This document shows positions 50,121 to 64,000 of a stretch of DNA of 64,000 nt, in pieces. The DNA is from Mustelus asterias. Lineage: Eukaryota. Made by a program: the position numbers and the translations under genes. The DNA lies in the NCBI RefSeq assembly GCF_964213995.1, contig NW_027590175.1, positions 248,001 through 312,000 on the forward strand, in the 5' to 3' direction. Positions within the stretch are counted from its first letter, which is position 1. Every line of letters begins with the position of its first letter. The notes beneath the pieces were generated by a model. It saw only the letters and a list, made by a program, of their open reading frames with translations, made no database searches and was not told the DNA's origin.

Positions 50121-52130
50121 ATTCCAATTCATTGCGTTGCATTCCTTACAACTCTGGCTGAGAGAATACATTGGGCAACATTGAATTCAGGTTATGGAGG
50201 GAAGACGATGAACTATCGTGAAGAGACAAGACACAGAACCAGAAGGAGAAAGACAGACAGAGAGAGATGAAACACAGGGAATTTCCACGAACACATTTGC
50301 CGTGTTATCACATTTCGGGATCAGATGGATTATTTCCTAATTCTGAACATAGATATTGTCATGATTTTTTTCCTCATATAATCGATGAATAACTAAAGTA
50401 CAAAAACAATCATTTCTGGAATCCGTTGATCGATTTGCATGTTTGTCTCTATTTCTGTGCTGTGTTGGTGGGGAAATATTTGTTGTGTTTTCGTCAGTCA
50501 ACAATCTAATCTGGGATTTCTATTTCTGTGTTTATTTACATAAACACCTCACTGTTTACAATGAAATGTTCATGGCAGCAAAAACAGATAAACCGTCACT
50601 TATTCATTCGTTTCAACTCAAAATAGCGGTTATTTTAAGAATATTAACAGTTGGTTCAAAATGAATAGAAATATTTTTTAACATACATTACATCAGATGC
50701 TATTTAATTAAATGAATAAATACATTCTATTTAAGAATTTGTTCTGAAAGTTCTGATGTCACAATAAATAAAGAATCTGTGAACAGGCTGGTATTCCATT
50801 GAACGTTAATTTGATTGATGATCTAAATTGCTTCAACTAGACAAGTTAAAACAAAGAGAACTGATGTGTGAAATATTCCTGTCATAATTAGTGATCAGAC
50901 TCACACGAGGGAAGAATAAAAAATCCAGTGTGGTTATCACTAAGTGATACAAGTAGCATTGCTGCCTCACAGTGACAGGGAAGCGGGTTCGATTCCAAAC
51001 TTGGGTGACTGTGTGTGGTTTTTCACATTCGACCATGTCCATGTGAGTTTCCTCCGGTGCTCCGGTTTCCTTCCACAGTCCAAGGATGTACGGGTTAGGT
51101 GGATTGGTATGATAAATTGCTCCTTTGAGTCCAAGGATGAGCAACGGAGAATCACAGAATCCCTACAGTGCAGAAGGAGACCATTCGCTTCATCAAGTCT
51201 GCACCAGCTGTCCAGCAGGGCATCATTCCCAGGCCCAAGGTGGATTGGCGATTCTAAATTGCCCCTTAGTGTCCAACGATGTGTAGGTTAGAGACATTAG
51301 CCTCTGAATATGTGAGGTTGTTGGGGTAGGGTGAAGGCTGAGCCTGGATAGGATGCTCTGCTGGAGAGAAGCTGCAGACTTGATGGACCGAATGGCCTCC
51401 TGCTGCACTGCACTGGATTCTATGATTCTATGCTGCTATGATCAGCAGAGGAATGAATATATTCGCATTAATCTCTCAGCACTTCCAACGTATTACAACT
51501 TTCATTTTGGTAGAGCTTACATTTATAATACGCTTTACCGGACTTCATGTAGTCCCAAAGTTCTTAAAACTCACTAATGTACCTTTGCTGAATTTAGTCA
51601 CTGCTATCATGTTGCAAATACAACAGGTAATGTACGTACAGCAAACTCCCACAAACCGAGATGTGATAAATTGCCAGTAAATTTGTGATTTTGTTTGAAG
51701 AATCAGTATTATGGTAGGATATTGGGGAGATCAGCCTTGCTCTTTAGAATTATATCAATGAGATTTTGCATCCCGGCATCGATTTTAAATGTGAATCTGG
51801 TTCTCGCTCTGCTGATGCATACTGATCTGCTGAGTAGCATTTGTGTTGCTTTAGTTTTAGATTTCCAGAATCGGCAGCACTTTACACTGTTGTTATTGAT
51901 CCTCTGGATGTGAGCATCACTGACAAAGCCAACATTTAGTTGTCCCTGCTGAGAAGGCGGTTGTGAACCACCTTGTTGAAACCTGCCCTCGGGATGATTT
52001 TATTATTTGTTTTTCCCTAGCAGCTTTGATACAACTGACTGGCCTGCCCGGCAATTTCAGTCGTGGTTAGGAGTCATTTTCATCATAGGAGAATTGGAGT
52101 CTGTGTAGGACAGACAGGGTCAAGGTAGAA

Positions 52131-52629
52131 ATCTTCGGTTTTCAGTTATTTCCAAAGAGAAGTTGTCGTTTGAAGTATAAAAGCAAATTACTGCGGATTC
52201 TGCAATTGAAACCAAAAGAGAAAATGCTGGAAATCTCAGCAGGCCTGGCAATATCTGTGAGGAGAGAAAATAGCTGACATTTCGAATGTTTTGACAAAGG
52301 GTAATCTGGAATCGAAAAGTCAGTTCTTCTCTCTCCTTACAGGTGCTGCCAGACTTGCTGAGATTTTCCAGCATTTTCTCTTTACTTTGTTTGAAGTGTC
52401 TTCGGGTGGAGTAAATTGATTCTGTATCCTGGGGCGGAGGAATTGTAGGCTGACCCAAGACTATCGTACTGAAGAAGACACTGTAAACACTGTTCAGGGA
52501 CCTGTCGGACCCAGACCATTCAGTTACTGCCAACATTGAACGCGTTGGCTTTACAGGTCAGTCTCAAAGAGTTTCAGGGACGCCCAGTTTCTGCCTCTCG
52601 CTGAGTCAACACAACCTCCGATTCGACAC
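52131..52629 (-). pseudogene. IGHV: Orphan VH pseudogene
   Basis: [39 protein letters not shown]; acceptor AG>AA; TGA at 52576-52574 and 52522-52520; split in FR3 by an insertion; YYC and RSS missing. Confidence 0.92.
52177..52388. mobile_element. Palindromic element inserted into pseudo-VH, with 9-bp target-site duplication
   Basis: GTTTGAAGT at 52168-52176 and 52389-52397; arms AGAGAAAATGCTGGAAATCTCAGCA and TGCTGAGATTTTCCAGCATTTTCTCT. Confidence 0.85.
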
Positions 52630-52659
52630 TTGTAAAAATATCAAAAATCCTATGAAAAT

Positions 52660-52965
52660 AAAACGCCACGCACTCCGGACATACTCGCTCACCTTTTTCC
52701 ATCGGGAACAAGATACAAAAGTCTGAGGACACGTATAAACCGACTGAAAAACAATTTATTTCCTGCTGCTATCAGACGTTTGAATGGACCTACGTCGCAT
52801 TAAGTTCATTGTTCTCTACACAACAGCTATGACTGCAAAATTACATTATTCACTCTCTCCCTTCCTTCCCTATATCCGTTATGCTCTGACTGTATAGTGC
52901 GCAAGAAACTATAATTTGCACTGTGTACTAATATATGCGATAATAATAAGTCAAATGAAATCAAA
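52660..52965 (+). mobile_element. Rex1/RTE-like 3' fragment inserted in the pseudo-VH leader intron
   Basis: Same family as 3931-4320; flanked by duplicated AAAATATCAAAAA-like sequence. Confidence 0.65.
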
Positions 52966-55811
52966 TAAAATATATCAAAAACACCAAGGATTATTCCCGG
53001 TGAATTGATTGCTGAACAATGGAACATTCCAGAGACAGACTAACACCGAGGGAGGAACAGTGAAATCCATTGTCATGTCTCTGCTAGTCCAAGAGGTGAA
53101 ATTGCATTTGAGCATCTGTTAGAGAAAAGAAACAATTTCATTGTAAATTAAGTGCCTTTATTTCTGCACCCCTTCACAAGGGAATGGACATACACAGATG
53201 ACATTACCTTATCAGGGTAAAGATGTCAGTCTGATTTGCAATAATTCTGTGTCTCTAACACTTTACAGCGAAATATAATTCATTAGAAGAATTATTATCG
53301 ATTTATGTAACTTAATGCTGGGATGATTGTGTTTCAGGTGTGGATAGCTATCATTGTAATTTGGGACTGGATATAAGAAGAAGGGAAGCAGTGGCCTCGC
53401 GTTATTATCGCTAGACAATTAATCCACAAACTCAACTAATGTTCTCAGGACCCGGCTTCGAATCCCGGAACGGCAGATGGTGGAATTTAAATTCAGTAAA
53501 AACGTCTGGAATTAAGAATCTACTTATGACCATGATATCATTGTCGAATGTGTAAAAACCTATCTGGTTCATTAATGTCCTTTCAAGCAGGAAATATGCC
53601 GTCCTTACCTCATCTAGCCTACATGTGATTACAGAGCCACAGCAATGTGTTTAGCTCTCAACTGCCCTCGACAATGGGTGGGCAATAAATATTGATCAGC
53701 CAGCGGCACCCATATCCATAGAATCCCTGCAGTGCATTAGGAGCATATCGGGCCCACACCGACAACGCTCCTAGCCAGGCCCTGTTCCCATCCCTGCTAA
53801 TTCATTTGATTCTATGGGACAATTCATCATCGCCAATCAACCTAATCGGCATATCTTTGGACAATGGGAATAAACAGGCAGACAATTGGAGAATGTGCAG
53901 ACTACACACAGACAGTGACCCATTCCGGGAATTGAAGCACGGTCCCTGATGCTGTGAAGCAGCAATGGTAACCACTATGCCACCGTGCCGCCCATGAATA
54001 AATTAACAAAATAAACTCCTTATCTGATACAATGTTACACCATATATTTCCCCAACAGCTCCTTAACCCTGTGAAAATTAACGGTGAAAGAAAACTTCTT
54101 GACTTACAATTAAGCATTGAGTTGACAGAGAAACATAAAATTGACATTGACTTTTGACAAAGAAGCTAATGAATTAGAACGGACACGGCAATCAGGAAAG
54201 TTCTCCTTCAGCATCCAAATCATGACAGATCATTGTATTGGCGAGCAGCTGGTATTGGGAACATAAGATATCAGGACTTTGCGGCATAATGCACAATATC
54301 ACAAGAATAAATATTTTATCTTTCACTGAACCAGGTTATGAACTGGTCATTTCTTCACTCATTGGCAGTTATGAGAGGGACTGTTAAAAAATTGAAATCA
54401 GATTATGCTGGACAACAGAACATGTTATACATCAGATATAAGTTTTTAATGAGGTGCAGAACATTGAGAATATTCCAGAAATCCCTGCTGTTCAAGGCAG
54501 ACATATGATTTTGTTTTACTTTTAATTATTTTCATTTTTGTGCCTTTTCACTGATCTCATGGGACTGAGGGATTGGGGACATCAGCATAAGTTGTTCATA
54601 AAGAGGCTTTAATTGTTGGAAGGACATTTCTTTGGAAGCGATACAAATGAAATAGCATCAAGTCAATTGACTAGTTTCTGATACTTTTTAATCACATAAT
54701 GAAAAGTGCATTCATTTAAAATATTTGCTTAGAAGAAAAACCATTTAAAATGTGCCTTCCTTTTGGGAATAAAACATTTATTGTATAACTGACGAAGTCC
54801 CATGTTATCCTTACAGATTCACGTTAATCTGTCCTACGCAGTATTTGGCAACAGTCCAGCCTGCTGCCAAATACCCAAAAATATTTACAGGAAGCATCTG
54901 AGGGTGTTTGTTCAGTAAATCAAAAACCTGTTTCCTCAGTACTGAACACTTGGCTGCAAGCCAACTTCAAACTCTCAGCATTGTCAATGGGGCCTATTTA
55001 TAAACAAATCTACCCAGCAACAGTACTGGAGGCAATGTAATTATTTTTAAGTTGCAAACATCTATGGATGTTTCCCATTTCTTCTGAAAAGAAAGTATTC
55101 AGCTTCTCCGGCACCTTGTTAGCAACAATGATGGTCTCTCCAACACAACAAAACATTGATGGATGGATATTAAAAAAAATACCGGCAGATTATGAGAGTT
55201 GATTCAAAGAGGTGATATATTTTATACTAGATAAACATGTATGCTTGTGTTTTCTTTCACTTCATTCTTCCATGGGACGTGAGAATCTCTGGAAAGGCCA
55301 ACATTTATTCCCTTTCCCTAATTTCTCTTGAACTGAGTGGTATGCTAGGGCATCTCAGAAGGCATTGCCCACTTAGTTATATTGCTGTCCGTCTGCAGTC
55401 ACATCCTGATGAGACCAGGTAGGGATGGCAGATTTCCTTCATTGGGGAATCAGAGAGGTTTATCTGGTCGCTGTCAGTATGTATTCCAGATTTATTGATT
55501 GAATTCAAATTCCACTAGCTGCCAGGGTCGGATTTAATCTCGTGTCTCCACATCATTGGCCTGGGCTTCTGGATTACTGGTACACTGGCATTAATATTAC
55601 GCCACCATCTACCCAACAATAAAGGAATACTTGCGTTGATGCAGGGATGAACGATAGTTGGATGCCTGAATGTTTTGCTTGAGAAATCAGAGAGTGGACA
55701 GATGGATGGGACGATAGCTGGTCCTAAACTTTGCTGTTCTACATTCGCATATTTGTGATTTACTACTTCAAAAATCGAAGCAGGTCCTTTATTCCAAGTG
55801 TGTCAGTATAT

Positions 55812-57800
55812 AAGACCATAAGTCCATAAGACATAAGAAATAGGAGCAGAATGAGGCCACTCGGTCCATCGAGCCTGCTCCCGCCATTCAATGATGGCTG
55901 ATATTTTTCTCATCCATATTCTCTTGCCTTTTCCCCAGAACCACTGATCCTCTTATTAATCACAAACCCATCTATCTCTGTCTTAAAAACACCCAATGAC
56001 CTGGCCTCCAACCTTCTACGTCAAGAGATCCACAGATCCACCACACTCTGGCTGAAGAAATTCTTCCTCAGCTCTGTTTTAAACGATCGTCCCTTTAGTC
56101 TGAGGTTGTGCCCTCTGGTTCTGGTTTTTCCTACGAGTGGAAACATCCTTTCCACGTCCACTCTATCCAGGCCGCGCAGTATACTGAAAGATTCAATAAG
56201 ATCTCCCCTCATCTTTCAAAACTCCAACGAGTACAGATCCAGAGGACTCAACCGTTCCTCATACAGCAAGCGCTTCATTCCAGGAATCATTCTTGTGAAA
56301 CTCCACTGGACCCTTTCCATGGCCAGCACATCCTTCCTTAGATATGGGGCCCAAAACTGCTCACAATACTCCAAATGGGGTCTGACCAGAGACTTATACA
56401 GCCTCAGAGGTACATACCTGCTCTTGTATTATAGCCCTCTCGAAATGAATGCTAACATTGCATTTGCCTTCCTGAACCTGAACTTTAACCTTAATAGAAT
56501 CTTGAACAATGACTCCCAAGTCCCTTCTTGTTTTTGATTTTCTCAGCATTTTCCCATTTAGAAAATAGTCTATGCCTCCATTCCTCCTTCCAAAGTGCAT
56601 AGCTTCACACTTTTCCAAATTGTATTCCAGCTGCCACATCTTTGCCCACTCTCCTAACCTGTCCAAGTCCTTCTGCAGCCCCCCCTGCTTCCTCAGTACT
56701 ACCTGTCCCTCTGCATATCTTTGTATCATCTGCAAACTTAGCAACAGTGCCTTCAGTTCCTTCCTCCAAATCGTGAATGCATACTGTGAAAAGTTGTGGT
56801 ACCAGCACTGACTCCTGAGGCACACCACTAGTCACCGGCTGCCATCTTGAGAAAGACCCCCTTTATCCCCTCTCTCTGCCTTCTGCCAGTCAACCAATCC
56901 TCTATCCATGCCAGGATCTTACCCTTAACACCATGTGCACTTAAAGTATTTAACAGTCTCCTATACGGCACCTTGTCAAAGGCCTTCTGGAAATCGAAAT
57001 AAATCATGTCCACTGGCTCTCATTTATCTAAATTCCTTGTTACCTCCTCAAAGGACTCTAACAGATTTGTCAGATATTACCTCCCCTTGACAAAGCTGTG
57101 CTGACTCAGTTCTACTTTATCATGCACTTCCATGTACTTTGCGATCTCATCTTTAATAATGGAATTTAAAGTCTTGCTAGTGACCGAAGTCAGGCTAACC
57201 GGTCTATAATTTCCCGTCTGCTGCCTCCCTCCCTTCTTAAACAGTGGTGTTGCATTCGCTACTTTCCAGTCCTCTGGTACATTCCCTGCCTCCAGTGATT
57301 TCTGAAAGATCACCACCAATGCCGCCACAATTTCCTCAGCTATCTCTTTTAGAACCCTGGGGTGTAGTCCATCCGGTCCAGGTGATTTGTCATCTTTCCA
57401 TTTCCCCAGAATCTTCTCCTTAGTGATGGCCACTGTGCCCCCGACTCTCCTGGAGCTCTGGCATTCCACTGGTGTCTTTCACCGTGAAGACTGATGCAAA
57501 GTAATATTCAGTTCCTCTGCCATTGCTTTGTTTCCTATTATTACTTCTCCAGGCTAATTTTCCAGTGGTCCAATGGCAGTTTCTGCGTCTTTCTTATCTT
57601 TTTTAATATTGAAATAAAACTCTCTCTGTCTTATTTTATATTACTAGCTAGCTTACACTTATATTTCATCTTCTCCCCCCTTATTGCGTTTTTACTGGTC
57701 CTCTGCTCGCTTTTCAATGCGTTCCAATCCTCTGGCTTCTCACTAATCTTTGCCGCTTTGTATGCTTTAACATTTGCTTTAATGCTGTGCTTGACCTTTA
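55812..57800 (-). mobile_element. CR1 LINE ORF2 remnant
   Basis: [48 protein letters not shown]; CATAAG-type tail. Confidence 0.92.
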
Positions 57801-57919
57801 CGCTGTGCTACAACCTTTAGTCCTTCCAGATTTTCTCGGTGAATTCAATCCCCGAGCTATCGGGAACGAATGAACTAAGAGCAGTCTGATTTTTGTTCCG
57901 TTTCCTGATGGTGAATAGA

Positions 57920-58478
57920 GTCATAGACGTAGAGGTTGACAGCATGGACACAAGCATTTCGGCCCAACTTGTCCATGCCGCCCTTTTTATTAACCACTAA
58001 GCTTGACCCAATTTCACGAGTTTGACCCATATCCCTCTGTACCCATCCTACCCGTGTAACTGTCTAAAACCTTTTAAAAAGACAGAATTGTACCCGCCTC
58101 TACTACCTCTGGCAGCCTATTCCAGACACTCGCCACCCTCTGTGTGAAACAATATCCCCTCTGAACCATTTTGCATCTCTCCACTCTCATCTTAAATCTA
58201 TGCCTTCTCGTTTTAGGCTCCTCAACCTTTGGGAAAATATATTGATTATCTAGCTGAACTATGCACCTCATTGTTTTATAGACATCCATAAGGTCCCGCC
58301 AAGCCTCCTACGCTCCGGAGAAAAAGTCCCAGTGTATCCAGCCTCTCCTTATAACTCAAATCATCAAGCCCTCGCAGCATTTTAGTAAATATTTTCTGTA
58401 CTCTTTCTAGTTTAATGATATCCGTTCTATAATAGGGTGACCAGAACTGTACACAGCATTCCAAGTGAAGCCTCACTG
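57920..58478 (-). mobile_element. CR1 LINE 3' fragment
   Basis: VRLHLECCVQFWSPYYRTDII. Confidence 0.85.
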
Positions 58479-59535
58479 ATAAGAACATAAGAACATAAGA
58501 AATAGGAGGAGGAGTAGGCCATCTAGCCCCTCGAACCTGCCCCGCCATTCAATAAGATCATGGCTGACCTGAAGTGGATCAGTTCCACTTAACCTCCTGA
58601 TCCCTATAACCCCTAAGTACCTTACCGATCAGGAATCCATCTATCCGTGATTCAAACATATTCAACGAGGTAGCCTCCGCCACTTCAGTGGGCAGAGAAT
58701 TCCAGAGATTCACCACCCTCTGAGAGAAGAAGTTCCTCCTCAACTCTGTCCTAAACTGACCCCCCTTTATTTTGAGGCTGTGCCCTCTAATTCTAGTTTC
58801 CTTTCTAAGTGGAAAGAATCTCTCCACCTCTACCCTATCCAGCCCCTTCATTATCTTATAGGTCTCTATAAGATCCCCCCTCAGCCTTCTAAATTCGAAC
58901 GAATACAAACCCAACCTGCTGAGTCTCTCCTCATAATCAACACCCCTCATCTCTGGTATCAACCTGGTGAACCTTCTCTGCACTCCCTCCAAGGCCAATA
59001 TATCCTTCCGCAGATAAGGGGACCAATACTGCACACAGTATTCCAATTGCGGCCTCACCAATGCCCTGTACAGATGCAGCAAGACATCTCTGTTTTTATA
59101 TTCTATTCCCCTTGCGATATAGGCCAACATCCCATTTGCCTTCTTGATCACCTGTTGCACCTGCAGACTGGGTTTTTGCGTCTCATGCACAAGAACCCCC
59201 CAGGTCCCTCTGCACAGCAGCATGTTGTAATTTCTTTCCATTTAGATAATAATCCAATTTGCTATTATTTCTTCCAAAGTGAATAACCTCCCATTTGTTA
59301 ACGTTATACTCCATCTGCCAGATCCTCGCCCACTCACTCAGCCTGTCCAAATCTCTCTGCAGACCTTCTACGCCCTCCAGACGATTCACTTTTGAACTTA
59401 TCTTTGTGTCGTCTGCATACTTTGTTACCCTACACTCAGTCCCCTCCTCCAGATCGTCTATATAAATGGTAAATAGTTGAGGCTCCAGAACCGATCCCTG
59501 CGGCACGCCACCAGTTACCATCTGCCAACCAGATG
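58479..59535 (-). mobile_element. Young CR1 LINE, same subfamily as 44281-45235
   Basis: GVPQGSVLEPQLF, KYADDTK, LYRALVRPQLEYCVQYWSP; (ATAAGAAC)n tail. Confidence 0.93.
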
Positions 59536-59762
59536 TCTTCAAAATCTTCAAATCCAAGATGGAAAGAGGGATTAGGTTGACGGGGGAGGATTGTAATATT
59601 TGGAACATGTGGCCCTTTCCCGTGCAACAAATCACTCAACATATCTTCACCCAAATTAGTGAAGGTAACAGGCTAACAAATTAATGAGGCAATTGAAATA
59701 TTGTGAAACTCACTGGACAGCTTCGAGTGGTAAATTACTTTCCAGTACTGTGTAAGTGTGCA

Positions 59763-60080
59763 AGGGCGGCACGGTGTCATAGTGGTTAGCCCTGCTGCCT
59801 CACAACGCCAGGAACCCGGGTTCAATTCCTCCTCGGGTCACTGTCTGTGTGGAGTTTGTAGTTTCTCTCCTTGTCTGCGTGGATTTTCTCCGGGTACTCT
59901 GGTTTCCTCCTGCAGTCCGAACATGTGCAGGTCAGTTTGATTGGCCATGCTGAATTAACCCTGTGTCAGGGGTATTAGTAGGGTTAATATGAGGGGTCAC
60001 GGGAATAGGGCCTGGGTAGGATTGAGGTCGGTGCAGACTCGATGGCCTCAATGGTCTCCTTCTGCACTGTAGATTCTTTG
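59763..60080 (+). mobile_element. tRNA-derived shark SINE (HE1-like)
   Basis: GGGCGGCACGGTG head, GGGTTCAATTCC B-box. Confidence 0.85.
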
Positions 60081-62619
60081 TTATATCAATAATCAAACTG
60101 GATTTTAAGATTTTATAACTTCACATTAAATATCATACATTATATATTACATTAAATACACATACCTTCAGTTATATATTCACTTTAAAAGTGGTTACAC
60201 ACTCCAGTTATGTATCAGGGGTTTATGTGTGATGAGGTGTTTGATGAGGTGATTACTTGTCAATTAAGCGTAGAGGCTGCTGGGTAGTTGCTCCTTCTCC
60301 TCGGTCTGACTTAATTCAATTTCCCGCTGAATTCTGGGACAGATTGGATTCTTTGGTGACAGAAAGGCCAACGTGACCTCAATAAATTTGAATCTCAATA
60401 AATCACACGAAATAAACTGCAATTATATTTGTACCAAATAAAATGCTGAAAATAATTTGTGAAATATTGATTTATTTTTGTGGTTTGGAGATTATTAGTA
60501 ATATTAGCGCCAGGCAATGACGATCTCCAAAAAGAGAGAATTTACCCATTGCCGCTTGTCACTCAATGATATTACGAGACTGAATCAGCCACTATAGTAA
60601 TCGTCGGGGCTACCATTGGCTAATCGCTGAATTAACTAGGTATATAAATGCTCCGGCTGGAATATCAGGTCAGCTTGCTGTGAGTAACCCACCTCATGAC
60701 TCCCCAAACCTGTCCACCACCTACAAACAACAACTCAGGATGTAATAGGCTTCTCTCCCCTTGCTTGAATGAGTGCAGCTCAAACAACATTCACGAAGCT
60801 TCATAGCATTCAGGACAGAGCAGCCGGCTTGACTAACATAGCATTTGCAAATGCTCACTCCCTCCACCACCGACAAACAACAGCAGCATTATACACCATC
60901 CACAAGTTTCACTTCAGGAATTCACCAAGACTCCTTCGGCATCACCTTCCAACCACACGGCTGTTACCATTTGGAGCTCCGAAAGCTTGTGTGGCTTTTG
61001 CTACCAAATAAACCTGTTGGACTTTAACCTGGTGTTGTTAAACTTCTTACTGTGTTTACCCCAGTCCAACGCCGGCATCTCCACATCATGACCATTTGGA
61101 AGAACAGGGGTAAGAGTTACCTGGGAATATCACCTGTAAATTCCGCTCCAAGTCAGTCATATAACTGACTTGGAAAAATATCGCCCTTCCGTCACTGTCG
61201 TTCGATTGAAATCCTGGAACACCCTCTGTAACAGCACTGTGTGAGTACATACACCACAGGCTTCGCAGCAATTCAAGAAGGCTCCTCACCACCAGTTTAC
61301 TAAAGGCAATTAGGGATCAGCAACAAATGCTGACCTAGCCAGGAACGACCACATCTCTTCAATTAAAACACAAATATATTAATGTTTATGAATGGTTGAT
61401 AACTGGTGAACAAAATTATGCAACTTTGTGAATGGATGGCAATTGGTGAAAATAAATACCAACTTTATGAACATTTATGATCTTCTCTTTCTTGATGGAA
61501 GATAGGATGAGCTCCACAGGGGATGCATGATTCAAAAGCACAACACTACCGGGAAAAAAGCCACCAGAGGACACTGCAACAACTACAGATATATATCTAT
61601 CATTGTCAGTGACACATCTGAAACCATTCATCTGTTTGAAGATCCGGATTATCCTGAAGCAGAAGGTTGTGTTTTTAATGGAAGATTGACTCTGGAAAAT
61701 ATCTGCTTTATATGCCCTATGTACTTATCTTTACCTTCGTCAATCTCATCAAGACATTCAACACCGGTAGCAGAGCAGGGACGACCATATTTCGGAAAAG
61801 GTCGCTCTCCATCAAAACTCCTCAGTCTCATTCATGACACAGAAAACGACAACATAAAACCACAATTGGTAGCTTCATGGGCAGCATTTGTAACAGAGCC
61901 AACCTCTCAAAATTTGTCCTTCTCAGTCATCAACAAAGGTGACATTTGAAAAAGAAACCATTCTGAAATTGATGTGTTTACTCTGCGTCTATTTTTTATT
62001 TTAAATGGAAGGACGCCGGTTATCATTGTGAAATTGATTTGTAAACAACATGACGTTTTTCAGAAAACGCACACACACACACACACACATTTTCCTTCAA
62101 CTTACGACTCCATCTTTGCTTCCTGGGGGGCTTAAGAGACAATTACCCCAACTATCTTTCAGATGGAATGAAGAACAAATACATTTTCCCCAGCACCATG
62201 TTTGCTGAACTGAACATTAAAGGTCCCATTGTCTCCAACAGCGCCCTGGCCAGCATTCCTCCTTCTAACCAAAATGAACAAACATACATTACCATGGATT
62301 GAGGCATTATGCTTTGATGCTGACCCGGCATCATAGGAAGATAGGAGCAGAAGTTCCCCTCCAAGCCACTCACCATCCTGACTTGGAAATATGTCGCCGT
62401 TCCTTCACAATCGCTGAGTCAAAATCCTTAAATTTCCTCCCTAACGGCATTGTGGATCTACCCACAGAACATGTACTGCAGCGATTCAAGAAGGCAACTC
62501 ACCATCACCTTCTCAAGGGCAACTTGCTCTGGGGAATAAATGCTGACCAGTCAGCGACGCCCATGTCCCAAGAATGAATACAAAAAGCAGACGCAAGTCA
62601 TTCACCTTCTCGAACTCGC

Positions 62620-63310
62620 CCCCCATTCATAAGATCATCGCTGATCTGTCGCCAAACTCTATGTACCTGCCCTTGGCCCATATCCCTTGATATCCCTGTT
62701 CAATAAAAAAATCGATCTCAGACATAAATTTAATAATTGAACCACCACCCACTGGCCTTTGCGGAAGAGAGTTCCTTAAGTCCACCACTCTCTGGGTGTA
62801 GAAATACTTTCTATCAACTCTCCTGAACGACTTGGCCCTGTTTTTTTTTAAATTATGGCCCTTTATTCTAGAGCCTTCAACTAGTGGAAAAAAAATTATC
62901 CGCCCTATCCTACCCCGTAAATATTTTGTAGATTTTTGTCAGAACACCCCTCAACCTTCTGAATTCGAGAGAAAAAGTCCCAATTTGTCTAATTTCTCCT
63001 CGTAACGTAACCCCTGAAGGCCAGATATAATTCTTGTGAACCTGCGTTCAACTCCTTCCAAAGCCAAAATCTTTCCAAAGGTGTGGTGCCCAAACCTGTG
63101 CACAGTTCTCCAGGTGGGCTCTGACCAGGATTTTGCATAATTGCAGCATAACATCTGCATCCCTATACTCCAGTCCTGTAGATACAAAGGCCAAAATTCC
63201 GGTGACCTACTTGACGATTTTCTGCATCAGTTCGTGGCATTTTAAAAAGCTATGCACTTGAAGTCCCAAATCTCGCTGAGCATCCACTAAATTTAATTTT
63301 GTGCCTTCTA
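62620..63310 (-). mobile_element. Degenerate CR1 LINE 3' fragment
   Basis: ILALEGVERRFTRIISGLQGLRYEEKLDKLGLF. Confidence 0.8.
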
Positions 63311-64000
63311 AAAACTACCCTGATCTCTCATTTGGATTATTTGACTTTTTGTGGCATTATCTAAGCCATTATGAGTATTGTAAATAATTGAGACCTCAAG
63401 ACAGATTCCTGCGGGACACAACTTAACCTGTATTATTCAGCAATGTACATCTAATCTATAATTCGTTGCACCTTAAATTTGGGCACTTTCTGCAGAAGGG
63501 GATGTGGTCTTATATTTATGAATGTGAATTCTTTGTATATTACTATCATAAATCATACCTGACAGCGATATATTTACAGTAACTGTAATTGCAGAATTTT
63601 GCCAGCAGATGGAATTGGCACCTTGATGGTTTACATTACATGAAGAAGGCACTGCCTCAATAAATACTACACTGGACCCTAACTTTGCAGTTCTGCCACA
63701 TGCAGTCCTGAATGGTGATGGACATTTAAACAAGTAACTGCAGCAGGAGCCTCAAACGAAAAGGAAAAGAAACAAGACTGAAACAATTGCTCCTATGTTC
63801 AGGCAGAAGATGTTCCATCTCTGCCTTCCCCTGATGCCCCGAACATCACAGATGCCAGTCTCCAAGGAGGTCAATTCATTCAACATGCTACGAGAGGACA
63901 CAGGTTTAAGGTGCTGGGGGGTAGGTACAGGGGAAATGTTAGGGGTAAGTTTTTCACACAGAGGGTGGTGGGCGACTGGAATCGGCTGCCGTCAGTGGTG

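Noticed and set aside
50213-50440. Octamer at 50433-50440 and a 27-codon hydrophobic ORF on the minus strand resembling a leader
   Set aside because: Hydrophobicity comes from CT-rich sequence; ends in a stop with no donor or downstream V. Other isolated octamers (3369, 9915) are also compatible with chance.

Overview
Eukaryotic, repeat-rich DNA from a cartilaginous fish (shark-type Ig gene organisation and shark-type SINE/CR1 repeats). Left third: a cluster of three C2H2 zinc-finger genes (one on -, two on +). Two of them are head-to-head around a CpG-rich NRF1/CCAAT promoter flanked by a CRE-palindrome minisatellite. A GPR139-like GPCR pseudogene fragment follows. Centre (20.5-40.9 kb, minus strand): a complete shark-type IgM heavy-chain mini-cluster: leader, VH, D, JH, CH1-CH4 with secretory tail, TM1, TM2, all reading frames open. 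The main observation is that VH appears already fused to the D1 segment. V has no RSS of its own, ends in a D1-like sequence and carries a 22-bp-spacer RSS, so the locus is a partially pre-rearranged VD-D-J cluster. The same gene has two prolines in the secretory tailpiece, a weak CH2 splice acceptor, a KVG cytoplasmic tail and a G-rich, switch-like minisatellite about 1 kb upstream of CH1. Right third: an orphan VH pseudogene within a diverged duplication of the VH 5' flank, heavily invaded by CR1 LINEs, SINEs and palindromic Penelope-like elements with decayed hammerhead cores. One assembly gap (32800-33036). Repeat boundaries are approximate; exon and RSS boundaries were read base by base.
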